This document shows positions 27,266 to 37,572 of a stretch of 40,393 nucleotides of DNA, piece by piece. The stretch comes from Candidatus Hodarchaeota archaeon (GTDB lineage: Archaea > Asgardarchaeota > Lokiarchaeia > Sigyniarchaeales > SOKP01). Position 1 is the stretch's first letter; each line of letters starts with the position of its first letter. The DNA lies in assembly GCA_048886685.1 (NCBI GenBank), contig JBHLKM010000025.1, positions 1-40,393 of the forward strand. The letters run 5' to 3'. Made by a program: the position numbers and the translations under genes. Under the pieces are notes generated by a model. That model saw only the letters and a program-made list of their open reading frames with translations. It made no database searches and was not told where the DNA came from.

Positions 27266-28387
27266 CTATTCAATCTCATCTGGACTCACTTCTTTCCCTA
27301 CCACAGCAGATTTTAATGCAGCTAAAGCAAATTGAGTAGTATATTTTCCTTCTTCTCCTGTTAAAATGGGATCACCAGCTTTTTTTATAACCTCTATAAA
27401 ATGTTTAGTAGAATTAATGAATCCATATTTCCAATCTCGTTCCATATCTGAATATGATTCAATTTTTCCATCTCTAAATATTACAATTGCCGGAAAAAGC
27501 CCAGAGTCGGACATAACGTTTCCTCCCGCTGTTGCTTGATTAATCCACATAGCTCCTTTTGAACCTGTTATTGAAATAAAATCTTCCTCGGCATAATATG
27601 GACTTGGTAAAAACATATCAGGTAATTGGTTATATTCCATTGTCCCATATTTAGAAACCAACCAATCAGTATCCTCAGGAATTTTATATTTCCACATTAA
27701 ATAAGCAGGCAAATCCATAATTTTTCTATCTATCCAAGAATAGACTTTTTCTATCTTTTCTTCTATAAAATGTAATGCAAGCCAGAATTTATGGAATCCA
27801 TCATCAAATACGCATGGTGATCCAACTTCTAAACCCCCACCGCAAGTTTTCGGATCATATCTCCATCTCCACGCACTAGGCGGAACCTCCCAACCTCCTC
27901 CACCAAAAGCTTCAAGGGTTTTAATATGGATTGAATTTATATCACCGATAACTCCTTCTTGTATTAATTGTTTTGCTTTCATTATTGGAGGGTAAAATGT
28001 AAAATTTTCATAGACTTTTAGTTTGACATCATTCTTTTTACAAGTATCAATCATTTTTTCACAATCTTCAACCGTATTTGCCATTGGTTTTTGAACACTT
28101 ATCCCTTTCAATACTTTTTTAGCTGCGTAAAGGGTTACATCGCAATGTAAATGATGAGGTAATAATATTTCTACAATATCTAATTCTTCAGAATCTAGCA
28201 TCTCTTTATAATCCCTATAAGTATTAGTGCTAGAATCCAGATTGAATTCCTTGATTTTATTCGTAGCACTTTTATTCTTGCTATCACATAGACAAGCAAT
28301 TTCTACATCATCATTATCTAGATACCCAAGAACATTAAGGTCAAAAATCCTTCCACAACCGATTATTCCTACTTTCAATTTTTCCAT
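27266..28387 (-). CDS. Gfo/Idh/MocA family oxidoreductase
   Basis: GIIGCGRI, PHHLH, VQKPMA, DDGFH. Confidence 0.9.
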   Translation of the reverse strand: MEKLKVGIIGCGRIFDLNVLGYLDNDDVEIACLCDSKNKSATNKIKEFNLDSSTNTYRDYKEMLDSEELDIVEILLPHHLHCDVTLYAAKKVLKGISVQKPMANTVEDCEKMIDTCKKNDVKLKVYENFTFYPPIMKAKQLIQEGVIGDINSIHIKTLEAFGGGGWEVPPSAWRWRYDPKTCGGGLEVGSPCVFDDGFHKFWLALHFIEEKIEKVYSWIDRKIMDLPAYLMWKYKIPEDTDWLVSKYGTMEYNQLPDMFLPSPYYAEEDFISITGSKGAMWINQATAGGNVMSDSGLFPAIVIFRDGKIESYSDMERDWKYGFINSTKHFIEVIKKAGDPILTGEEGKYTTQFALAALKSAVVGKEVSPDEIE

Positions 28388-28494
28388 AATATCCAGCTTT
28401 TATTCCTAAAATTACTAAAAAAAATATATTTATAAAAATTGAAAAAAAAAAATAGTTTTCTAAATTGAAATTTTCTTTTTTTATTTTTACTTGT

Positions 28495-29525
28495 CTAATC
28501 GGTTTCGGGTTCCTTCGAATCAGAACGTTTGGAACCTGAGGGATAAATATTTGTGGCATCACGTGGTTCAGTATTGTATCCACCTTTTTCCATTCTAGCA
28601 TAGAGTTTTTGCACATTACTCTCCACACACATTTCCATTACTTCTCCTGCAAGAAGGACATAAGAAAATGCGGTTAAAAATGGGATACCCACAAAAAAAA
28701 CTAGTATAATTAATAATCCAAAAACCATCATAAAAGGTTCACCTTCTCCGAAGAATCCAGAAAAATCAACTGAGGTAAGAAAGGTGCTAAATGTAAGTAA
28801 AGCCGAAAGTTCTGCTATTCCTTTTACAATTGATTGGCCCCAAATACTTATAGGTTCAATATATGCTGGTTGACGATATTTTGTATGTTCTCGATAATAG
28901 ACTACACCAGCATCATCAAGTAAGAAATTTCCTGAAATGAAAAATGAAAATAATAAAAATGATAAGATCATTGGCAGAACGCAATACAAAATATATCCCA
29001 TCGTAAAATTAAAGAATTCAGTACCTCCAAAAGCCCCAAATGATTTAGGATATCCAAATATTGGGGTCAAAGCATCATAACAATAAAACCCTACAGAAAT
29101 TGAAAGAAGTAAGGGTAATATTAGCCTTTTGAGTTGAATAACAAGTCCAATATCCTTTCTCTCCCCCATATTCAGAACAATGATTTCATTTTTATATCCT
29201 CTTGATATTTTAAAGAAGAGATCTCTTAATTTCACAAAAACATGTGCGAATTGAGGAGCAAATCGATTATATAGGGCAGCTGTTGCGGGAAGTGCACCGT
29301 ACCAAGCGATTATCACAACTAAGAATACTATAACTATTTTAGTATTATTAGTACGTGTAATTAGAGTATTATAACTGTGTTAGTATTATTAGTACGTGTA
29401 ATTAGAGTATTATCCATCTGAGTCATAAATACAATACCTAGAACTCCAAATATTATAAATGAAACAGCTAAAAGTACTAAATTAATAGGACGCGAATCTC
29501 CTTCCATATTTTTTCTTAACTTCAT
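28495..29525 (-). pseudogene. Multi-pass membrane protein frameshifted by a 41-bp tandem duplication
   Basis: ATG at 29525; the 1031-nt span minus 41 = 990 nt, an intact 329-aa ORF. Confidence 0.75.
29330..29411. repeat. 41-bp tandem duplication
   Basis: 29330-29370 vs 29371-29411, 39/41 identical. Confidence 0.92.
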
Positions 29526-29667
29526 TGTAAAAATCTACAGTTTTTATTTAGATTTATTTAATTAATATTACAATATACCTCACTGTTATAAACTTTAGGT
29601 TGGATTAGTTAATATTTGACACTATTTGATCAAGGATTATATTAAAAAATAAAAAAAAATATTATTA

Positions 29668-29721
29668 TTTGGGGTGCTTTAGAAGTAGTGTCTCTGCGCG
29701 CTTCTAAAACGCTCCGCCAAA
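29668..29721. other. GC-rich long hairpin downstream of hsp20
   Basis: tttagaag/cttctaaa perfect stem extended by ggggtg/cgctcc with G-T pairs. Confidence 0.55.
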
Positions 29722-29728
29722 CATTTTA

Positions 29729-30220
29729 TTAGTTATCGCTTACATCTATTTTCTTGGGTGGTTTTTTACCAAATGTTACCTTTAGAAGTCCATTTGCCAT
29801 TTTTGAGACTATAGTATCCGTATCTGCATCAACTGGCAATGGAATGTCCATGTCTACTTCGATAAATGTAAATCCTTTCCAGAAAATTGCACCACACCAA
29901 TCGTGAGATGATTCTTGTTCTTTTATTTCTTTTTTTACATTTTCTTTCTCAGGAATCTTCGGCTTCTCTGCTTTAATGTTAAGGTGTTTATTAATTAAAG
30001 AAACCTTAACTTCTTCCTTAGTACGACCAGCTAAAGGTACGGTAATCAAATAGCTATCTCCAAGATCTTCTATATTATGTGGTATATGGCTTCCCATTAA
30101 ACCTCTCATAAAATGCATTGCCATATGCTTCATTTTACGTATCTGTTGAGGATTAAATGGAAAACATCCAACCATCCCTTTAGGACCATGGTGCTGACTA
30201 TGAGGATTTTCATTACACAT
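29729..30220 (-). CDS. Hsp20/alpha-crystallin family protein
   Basis: YLITVPLAG..KEEVKV, IPLP.DAD...I.SKMANGLLKV. Confidence 0.88.
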   Translation of the reverse strand: MCNENPHSQHHGPKGMVGCFPFNPQQIRKMKHMAMHFMRGLMGSHIPHNIEDLGDSYLITVPLAGRTKEEVKVSLINKHLNIKAEKPKIPEKENVKKEIKEQESSHDWCGAIFWKGFTFIEVDMDIPLPVDADTDTIVSKMANGLLKVTFGKKPPKKIDVSDN

Positions 30221-30283
30221 ATTTCTTTTCCTCCTTTTTTTGGAATTATTTCTTATTTTATTTTAATTTAACATTTTGATATA

Positions 30284-30931
30284 TTAAGAATACAAGTCAT
30301 CATCGTAAATTTCAATAGGCTTAGATTTTTCTTTACGCTCTTTCTCAATATTAGCAAGTATCGATTGGTATCTAGCGATTTGACCATCAATTATTTCTAT
30401 TCTATGGTTAAGGTCAATTCTCGAAGTCTCAAGTCTTTTTATGACATTTTTAATATGTTGTTGATTTTTAAGAGATAAATCATTCTCATCAATTTCTATA
30501 TACCTGTGGTGGGGGAAACTACAAAACATTGTTTCCACGTTTCTTTTAACTCTTGGAAGATCTGAAATAAGAGTAAATATGGATTCCATAAAAGAATGCA
30601 TACTAGGATAAATATTATTCCTTATGGCGTTTTTCAGAACTTCTTTTCCTTCATTTGTGATATGATATCCTTTTTTAAGTCGTTTTGTATCATCTATCTC
30701 TTCAATCCGGACTAGTTCTTTATCTGCTAGATTCTTTAGTATGGGATATATGGATCCTGCGGTACCTCTCCATAATCCTCTCGGTTTACTAGCTATTTTC
30801 TGAATTATATCATATCCAGTAATTCCGGCATTATTTTTTATTATCTTTAGAACTAATATCTCTAAACCTGTTATTTCTCCGGTTCTCAATTTACCAAAAA
30901 TTGTAATCACCAATATTACGATTATCGACAT
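30284..30931 (-). CDS. PadR-family transcriptional regulator
   Basis: TGYDIIQ...W..TAGSIYPILKNL...KGYHITNEGKEVL; start uncertain. Confidence 0.88.
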   Translation of the reverse strand: MSIIVILVITIFGKLRTGEITGLEILVLKIIKNNAGITGYDIIQKIASKPRGLWRGTAGSIYPILKNLADKELVRIEEIDDTKRLKKGYHITNEGKEVLKNAIRNNIYPSMHSFMESIFTLISDLPRVKRNVETMFCSFPHHRYIEIDENDLSLKNQQHIKNVIKRLETSRIDLNHRIEIIDGQIARYQSILANIEKERKEKSKPIEIYDDDLYS

Positions 30932-30958
30932 ATCGTTTCCAATATATCGTTATCGTAA
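30916..30958. promoter_or_regulatory. Putative PadR autoregulatory operator
   Basis: Four TATCG units bounded by inverted TTACGAT/ATCGTAA at the padR start. Confidence 0.45.
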
Positions 30959-31164
30959 CATTAAAATCAAATCACCCTTAAAAACTTGTGGTCTAGAATT
31001 AGAATATTTTAGGGTTATAATTGCCTTATAATCCTCCTAATTTTCATACGAATCTGTCTATTACCCTCAATATCTAACCATTAAGTTAGAGAAACTATAA
31101 TCGCGATTAATCCAGATTTCTGAATAATAGTCAGAGTAATTTAATTAAAGGGATGATAATAGCA

Positions 31165-31773
31165 TTATTTTAAAATACTTTCCATAATATCTATTCCGCA
31201 TTCTTCACAAAATTCCTGTTTTTCACTTAGAATCCGCGCTCCACAATTTTTACAATGTGTAAGATTTAGTCGCAATTTTTCCATTTCTTCTTTTGCTTCT
31301 TGAAGTTTTTTTACTTCAATAAATTTGGAATAATCTTCCATTGGTCGGATTGTTTTTTCAAGTGAGGCGATTACATCTTTTAGCCATACCATAAATATAT
31401 ATTTTTCAGTGTCTTCAATCGTTTTGAATGATTTATACTCAATGGTAACTTTATCAGGAAATTCTATAAATTTCTTATTACCTATTTCCAAAAATGTATT
31501 ATAAAACAAAATGCCATCATAAATCAATTTCTTAACTTCTTGGTTTTTTTCAACCTCATAAGCTAACTCAAAGCCTGTAGCGCCCTCATTTATCATGTTT
31601 AACAAGTGTTTAAGAAAATCTAACCTTTTTTTCATTGTTTTCTCATTAATTTTGCCTTTTTTAGAATCTATGAAGAGATATCCTCCTGATCGATCATTAA
31701 GTGAATTTTCCTTAAACTCTTTTTCTTTTTCAATTTTTTTTTGCAATTTTCTTATCTGAGTGCCTAATTTCAT
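31165..31773 (-). CDS. Hypothetical protein with C-terminal zinc ribbon
   Basis: CKNCG...FCEECG. Confidence 0.75.
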   Translation of the reverse strand: MKLGTQIRKLQKKIEKEKEFKENSLNDRSGGYLFIDSKKGKINEKTMKKRLDFLKHLLNMINEGATGFELAYEVEKNQEVKKLIYDGILFYNTFLEIGNKKFIEFPDKVTIEYKSFKTIEDTEKYIFMVWLKDVIASLEKTIRPMEDYSKFIEVKKLQEAKEEMEKLRLNLTHCKNCGARILSEKQEFCEECGIDIMESILK

Positions 31774-31952
31774 CTTAGATTAAAATCTAATTATAATTAT
31801 CAATTTAATTAGATTAATTCCCTAGTATCAATAGATTACATTTATTTTAAAATATATGTGATTTTTGATAAATTTGTCTAAACACAGATTTTGAATTCTT
31901 CAATTCTATGGTTACATAAAATATTAAGGAGTAAACTTTTGTAATAATAATT

Positions 31953-32738
31953 ATGCCGATCATTGGAATAGATAATGAAAAGTGTTCTAATTGTAAAGAA
32001 TGTATAAAAGACTGCCCTACGAAAAATTTTACGATAGATGAAAAACTAGAAAGTGTAGTTTTTAATAGTTCAAGGTGTATTCTCTGTGGGCATTGTATTG
32101 CTGTTTGTCCGGAAGATGCGATAAAATATGATAATATGAAAGATGCCGCATTGATTTACGAGGAAAATCAAGATCCAAATGAGCTCATTTCATATGAATT
32201 ACTGCATCAATTTTTACGAGCTAAACGGTCAATTAGACAATACAAACCAAACAAGATTTCCAAGGATCTTATTAATAAAGTTATAAATTCTATGAGATAT
32301 GCCCCAACAGGAGCAAATTTGCGTTATTTTAAATGTTTAATAATTTCAGATGATGATAAGAAGAATTTATTAACAGATTCAATTATTGGTGCTCTAGAAT
32401 CAAGAGACACAAGAGAGCTGTTTCAAGAAATGCGAGAGAAGGATTTAGATCCAATTTTTTATAATGCTCCTCATATTCTCATTTTCTATTCTAAAAATCC
32501 TTATGATACTCGAAATATAACTATCGCCATGACGTATGGTATGTTGAGTGCTCAATCTTTGGGTTTGGGTAGTTGCTGGATTGGGTTTGCTCATGGGATT
32601 TTACAGGATCGTCCAGAAATAAAGAGAAAGTGTACAGGGATTGAGACTTATGTTTTAGGTGTTATGACTCTTGGATATCCTGCAGTGAAATATTTAAGAG
32701 CCCCACCACGTCCCCCTCTAGAGATTAAAGAATTATAA
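31953..32738 (+). CDS. Nitroreductase with N-terminal 2x[4Fe-4S] ferredoxin domain
   Basis: CSNCKECIKDCP, CILCGHCIAVCP, RSIR.Y, APTGAN, GLGSCWIG. Confidence 0.93.
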   Translation: MPIIGIDNEKCSNCKECIKDCPTKNFTIDEKLESVVFNSSRCILCGHCIAVCPEDAIKYDNMKDAALIYEENQDPNELISYELLHQFLRAKRSIRQYKPNKISKDLINKVINSMRYAPTGANLRYFKCLIISDDDKKNLLTDSIIGALESRDTRELFQEMREKDLDPIFYNAPHILIFYSKNPYDTRNITIAMTYGMLSAQSLGLGSCWIGFAHGILQDRPEIKRKCTGIETYVLGVMTLGYPAVKYLRAPPRPPLEIKEL

Positions 32739-32759
32739 AATTATACTAAAATTTCAGTT

Positions 32760-32948
32760 TTGAGGTAACAATGTACCACGCCAATGACATTTTTAGTTCT
32801 TTAACTGTTTTTTCCAGTTTAAAGAACGAGGATGCTCACAGCCACCCACTATACCATCAGCTAAGATTACATTTGGGAATACTTTTCTTAAAATATTATA
32901 TGCACCATTTACATCTGCAATTATGAGAATTCCTTTCGTACTCTTGAA
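32760..32948 (-). mobile_element. 3' remnant of IS200/IS605- or IS607-family tnpB with probable right end
   Basis: Translates FKSTKGILIIADVNGAYNILRKVFPN...GIVG...HP (TnpB RuvC-III region). Confidence 0.75.
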
Positions 32949-33055
32949 TCATTTTTTTAACTTACTTTCTCTTTTTGAAGCAGGAATTTTTTAAGTTTAT
33001 TTCCTACAGGTGCTACAAATTCTTAATTAATATTTCTTTTGAAAAATAATAATGA

Positions 33056-34066
33056 CTAAGTAAAAATCTCTTTAATTAACCACTTTATAGGTTCTAATAA
33101 TTTCGGGTCTTTTTTAAGAACATTTAGTGAATAATATTTAATTGGAATTTTTTCTTTTTTTAATCTTTTAAGGTTAGAAATATTTTTTTTTATCTCAATT
33201 TCTCTTAAAGGTGTCTCATCTTTAATGACATTATTTATAATTAAAAGCGGAACTTTTCCAAACTTCTGGCTTGAATAGGAAGAAATAAATTTTTCTATTA
33301 ATGAATTGACTTCATCACAGGTGTTTTTATCAATATTTTTAATAAGAAGAATTATCGCTTGAGCGATATCTAATCCCACTTTCCCATTTAAAAAATCAGA
33401 TACATTAGACAAAATAATATTATCAATCATTATCCCCAGAATTCTGGTGGGAATATCTAATTTACTTTGACTATTAAATTGGAGCACTTCAATAGATCTT
33501 AAAAAAGTATCTTTACCAGAACCTTTAGGTCCTAATAGTAGAATTTTTTTTTGAAGAGCAATATCTTGGGTAATGATTCTAATTTCAGATTCTGGAAATA
33601 TAAAATCAAAAAATCTATTATAAATAGACAAAAAATCTATTTTAAATTCTTCGCAATATTCTTTAAATTGTTCTAAGGTTGGATTTTGTTTATATTTGTG
33701 TAGAATTAAGTTAAAATTAGGGAGTAATTTTAATTCAGATGCAAATTTTTCCAAAAAATTCTTTTTTGTTTCTAAGTATTTGTATATATCTGTGAGTTCA
33801 TTTTTAAAATATGAGACTCGAATTACACCAGAAATCATAAGTAAATCTTCTCCTCCCCTTGCAATATCAGATTTCATGTAAAAAATAGTGTTAATGGTTT
33901 GAAATTTTCTAAAAGAAAATATAAAGGTATCTTCCACTTCACTAAATTCCAAAATTCTCGATAAATCAGGAAATCCATAGATATTACTAATATCTGTATT
34001 ACTGTAAAGTATATTAGGCCCTATGCGCATGTCAAAATAAGATAACACTAAAAATTTCTCAATCAT
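33056..34066 (-). CDS. Longin/uDENN-like N-terminal domain fused to degenerate small-GTPase-like domain
   Basis: FLVLSYFDMRIGPNILY start; KKILLLGPKGSGKDT P-loop; VPLLIINN, YYSLNV, IKWLI tail. Confidence 0.65.
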   Translation of the reverse strand: MIEKFLVLSYFDMRIGPNILYSNTDISNIYGFPDLSRILEFSEVEDTFIFSFRKFQTINTIFYMKSDIARGGEDLLMISGVIRVSYFKNELTDIYKYLETKKNFLEKFASELKLLPNFNLILHKYKQNPTLEQFKEYCEEFKIDFLSIYNRFFDFIFPESEIRIITQDIALQKKILLLGPKGSGKDTFLRSIEVLQFNSQSKLDIPTRILGIMIDNIILSNVSDFLNGKVGLDIAQAIILLIKNIDKNTCDEVNSLIEKFISSYSSQKFGKVPLLIINNVIKDETPLREIEIKKNISNLKRLKKEKIPIKYYSLNVLKKDPKLLEPIKWLIKEIFT

Positions 34067-34555
34067 AATCGAGATTTCATTTCTTTTTCAATAATAAAAA
34101 AAAAATTGAATTTTTAAGTCTTTCTCATTATAAGTTATAATATGATTCGATTTACAGAATCTTGAAGATCTTTTCTTTTAGATATTATTCCAGACTATAA
34201 ATCTAAGTAAAAAATAGAGAAATTATTAAAGGTTGGGGATTTAGGGAGGTTAAACTTAAAAAAATTTCAGCATTTAAATCTTAATAAAAAAAAATTTTAT
34301 GTCTGCTGAGTTATAATAAATTAGAACAATTTAGCGTTAAATATAAATATCATTATTACTTCTATTAACACAGACGCAAAAAAAATTTCAGATCCTTGAA
34401 ATTTTTAAGTTTAAGATTTGCTTTTAAATTTTTTCTCTATTATCATTGTCATTCTTAATTGTTGCGACAATGAAAGTAGACAAACATCTTATAACTTTTT
34501 GACAGTAAATCTTTAAATTTTACGATATCATGAGACTTAATTTATTGGTGTTTCA

Positions 34556-35018
34556 ATGAATGTGAATAAAACAATGTATAGTAAATTTAAACAGAATAAT
34601 AAAAAGAGAAGCTTGAGAATTACAGAGAAATATTTAAAAAAATTTGTTGATTATGATAAAAAGAATGGACTTTTATATGATAACTTGTATTTAAACGACA
34701 TAAAATTCGTTATTAAAATTCCTTTCCAAGATTCAAGGAAAGAAGGATCAATAAACAATATTAGAATTGCAAAATTTAATTTAACAGATTCAATATATAT
34801 TTCTAATTATGATTAAGAAGGGTTGATTAAATAATTAAATCCAAAAATAATTTAGATACGTTTTATTCTTTATTTAATAAAATTAGGGATATTGATAATA
34901 TTTATGATGACACCATAGAACGTGTGAGATATCCAAGTGAAAGAAAAAAATTTTTTAAAAATCTAACTAAGGAATTAAATATTCTTAAGAAAGACAGACT
35001 TCAATTAAAAGATGTTTA
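34556..35018 (+). pseudogene. Interrupted hypothetical gene
   Basis: 86-aa ORF followed, after stops and a frameshift, by an ATG-less open frame KNNLDTFYSL...LKDV*. Confidence 0.35.
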
Positions 35019-35052
35019 AACATTCTAATATTTAAAAAGAGGTATAAAATAA

Positions 35053-35964
35053 ATGAAAATACATACAAAAAATTTTTCTAATTTTTTGAGAAAATATCCT
35101 TTCTCATTATTTGAAATGGATGGTTCATTGGAGATATGGCAGAAAATATATAACCCTTACATAGATTCAATCGAAAGTAAAATTAATATCTCAAAAAATA
35201 ATTCAATAAGGACATTTAGAAATCACAATTTTGCATTTGATAATGAATTTCAGAAACGAATTGTTGATTTAATTATAAATGAAGTTGAAGAACAGATTTC
35301 TAATTCTATTTCGAAAAGTTCAATAAATAATTTTGAAAAACAATATGAAAAAATTAGAATCGAAGATCAATATTCTGATGATGTAGAAAAAGAAAATAGT
35401 AATCTAAAAATTACCTTCGTTTTTACAAATAAGAAAATACAACCATTAAAATTAATTCAGATGCTTAAATTAACTGGTGAAGTAGAGAAGTTTACTCAAT
35501 TACTGCATAAAAAAGAGCTTAAACAGTATTCTAAGATAATCCCTCAAATTATCTTTATATCCCTGTTTGGTTTTGAAGCTTCAGTAGGAGACTATCTAAG
35601 AGATAATCTTCATGGAAAATTAAATAGAAATATATCAATCTTAGTTGTCCCGCCTATCGATAATAAATTATGGAATAATTATTTTATAACAAATTCAATG
35701 GAAGGTAATAATGATTATAAAAAACATAACTCGGGAATTAATTTCGAATGGTATAATAATTTGAGAAAGAATGGAGCAGGTAATCAATTAAAACTAAAAA
35801 AAATAGAGACTTATTATAAGGATTTAAGGGAAACTAAAGAGATCTCAGAACATAATTCTCAAGAGTTAAATATTTGGGCAGATATCTTGAGCATTAATGA
35901 TTCTCCTATACTATTGGATTTAGAAAAGTCAAGAAAGAAAATTAAGGAATTATTAATTGACTAA
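35053..35964 (+). CDS. Hypothetical protein
   Basis: 303 aa, GAGGT RBS. Confidence 0.7.
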   Translation: MKIHTKNFSNFLRKYPFSLFEMDGSLEIWQKIYNPYIDSIESKINISKNNSIRTFRNHNFAFDNEFQKRIVDLIINEVEEQISNSISKSSINNFEKQYEKIRIEDQYSDDVEKENSNLKITFVFTNKKIQPLKLIQMLKLTGEVEKFTQLLHKKELKQYSKIIPQIIFISLFGFEASVGDYLRDNLHGKLNRNISILVVPPIDNKLWNNYFITNSMEGNNDYKKHNSGINFEWYNNLRKNGAGNQLKLKKIETYYKDLRETKEISEHNSQELNIWADILSINDSPILLDLEKSRKKIKELLID

Positions 35965-36046
35965 TCTAGCGATAAAAATTTAAAACAAGGGGAGTGAAGT
36001 TATTTGATTAAAATTTAACCTTCCCATTCTCTATTTGTCTTTAATT

Positions 36047-36270
36047 TTAAAAAAGTATGAATCTAATATGATAAAATCCATTTTCTAATTTCAAGTCCTT
36101 CTCTGGGGTCTTACCATGACGAATTGTTCCAGCAATCGGAACTTTGTTCAACAGATCCTTATTCTTAGAAATAAGCCCTTCTGGACTACTCCCAATAATG
36201 CAAATATCCCCAAAATTTATATTATACATGTAAGGAGATGGACTAATAATATCAAGATCTTATAGAAGTA
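36047..36270 (-). pseudogene. Internal fragment of anthranilate synthase component I / PabB family gene
   Basis: [21 protein letters not shown]...[15 protein letters not shown]. Confidence 0.75.
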
Positions 36271-36628
36271 ATATGTAGAAACATATTTATATACGTGAAA
36301 TGAAGCTTTCATATTTTGAGTGGTACAATATTTAGACCATTTTTAAAAAATTATTATTTTTCCAGGATACAATCTTCAATTTCCTGAGAGATAAAAAAAT
36401 TTGGGTAAAATTAAAATTTTTTTAATTTTCTCGAATTCTTGAAACAGATTTAAAATTTCTTGATTTCGGGTTTATTTTTTAATCCAAACCTTCCTAATTC
36501 AATTTTAATTAATAATAGGTAGAATTGTATATACATTTGGGACAAATTTCTACAAGTTGTACATACAAATTGTACATACAAATCTCAATCCTCCCTTTTA
36601 TTTAATTTCTTTAATTTTTATGTCAATC

Positions 36629-37183
36629 CTATTTTTTGGGGGGAGAAGGATTCAGTATAGGATATTTATTTAAAAAATTCACTCTTTCATTCACCGTTTT
36701 CTCTGAAAAATCCATAACATGAACCCTTTCTATTGCTCTTCTTTCTAATTCTGGTGATCTTGAAGGCATACAGGTTGCAAAAGTAGAAAACCATTGAGTT
36801 TTTCTTTGAATTTTCCTTAAAGCTTTTCTATCAATTTTTCCGTTAATAAAATCTCTAATTGCTTGAAGGTAGGATTTTCCTGATTGAGATTGAAATCTTT
36901 CTGATCCTTCATAAAGGTAACAAAACTCAAGTAGAGCAACTTTATTTCTCTCTAACTTTTGTATTTCATTTCTCTTTCTTTCTGCATCTTTTTTAAACGG
37001 TTCTAATGTTTTTCTTGAGGGTATACATACACCAACTTGAAAAACATTTTGACAAAATTCTATATATTTCTCTCTACTAATTTTTCCGTTATTATAATCA
37101 TGGATTATTTTATTCATTTCTAAATATTGATATTCATTATTTATGGAAAACTTCTTTTTATGAGCATTTTGCATTTTTATCAT
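36629..37183 (-). CDS. Hypothetical protein with internal duplicated motif
   Basis: IIHDYNNGKISRE...VCIPSR and AIRDFINGKIDRK...TCMPSR. Confidence 0.65.
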   Translation of the reverse strand: MIKMQNAHKKKFSINNEYQYLEMNKIIHDYNNGKISREKYIEFCQNVFQVGVCIPSRKTLEPFKKDAERKRNEIQKLERNKVALLEFCYLYEGSERFQSQSGKSYLQAIRDFINGKIDRKALRKIQRKTQWFSTFATCMPSRSPELERRAIERVHVMDFSEKTVNERVNFLNKYPILNPSPPKK

Positions 37184-37309
37184 ATAACCAGATGTTTTTA
37201 TAGTTTTTAAATCTTCATGTCAATTACCTTTTTTTCAATCTGTTTCATTCCTGAGAAGCTCAGAAATTTAAACTATGAAAAAATAAAAATTAAAAAAATG
37301 TCGTTATTA

Positions 37310-37554
37310 TTAAGGATTTTCCATCTTATTCTTATTAAACCAATATTCGTATGCTTTTTTTATACATATTCTTGCTACTTCTGTATTTGTTTTTAGGCCT
37401 AAATTTTTCTTTATTTGCATGAAGTAATCAAATAACGGTTGGTCATAGTCTTTGGAGAGAATTAGTCTAACTCCTATTTCTTCATTCTTTCTTTTTCCTT
37501 ATTTTCTCTAATTAACATTTCAGCTATTTTCTTTTTCTTTTCTTCATCAATCAT
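37310..37554 (-). pseudogene. Frameshifted RHH-like DNA-binding protein
   Basis: MIDEEKKKKIAEMLIRENKEK, then shifted frame ..EIGVRLIL...LFDYFMQIKKNLGLKTNTEVARICIKKAY; span 245 nt (1 nt short). Confidence 0.55.
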
Positions 37555-37572
37555 ATTTACTCACTTCCTTTT

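Noticed and set aside
29330-29411. Mini-CRISPR
   Set aside because: Head-to-tail duplication inside a coding region with no spacer.
29668-29721. SECIS element
   Set aside because: No AUGA/GA core or apical AA, and no Sec-type TGA in the adjacent genes.
36536-36585. TTGGGACAAATTT resembling the reverse complement of the repeat's left extension, plus TTGTACATACAAAT x2
   Set aside because: Only ~13 bp and no core; explained by C-P-K-C codons of a tiny minus-strand ORF (similar codons at 38707-38716). An att site cannot be shown without its partner.
37480-37510. Programmed -1 frameshift in the RHH-like gene
   Set aside because: Poor slippery heptamer (G GAA AAA) and neighbouring genes are also damaged; mutation or sequencing error is more likely.
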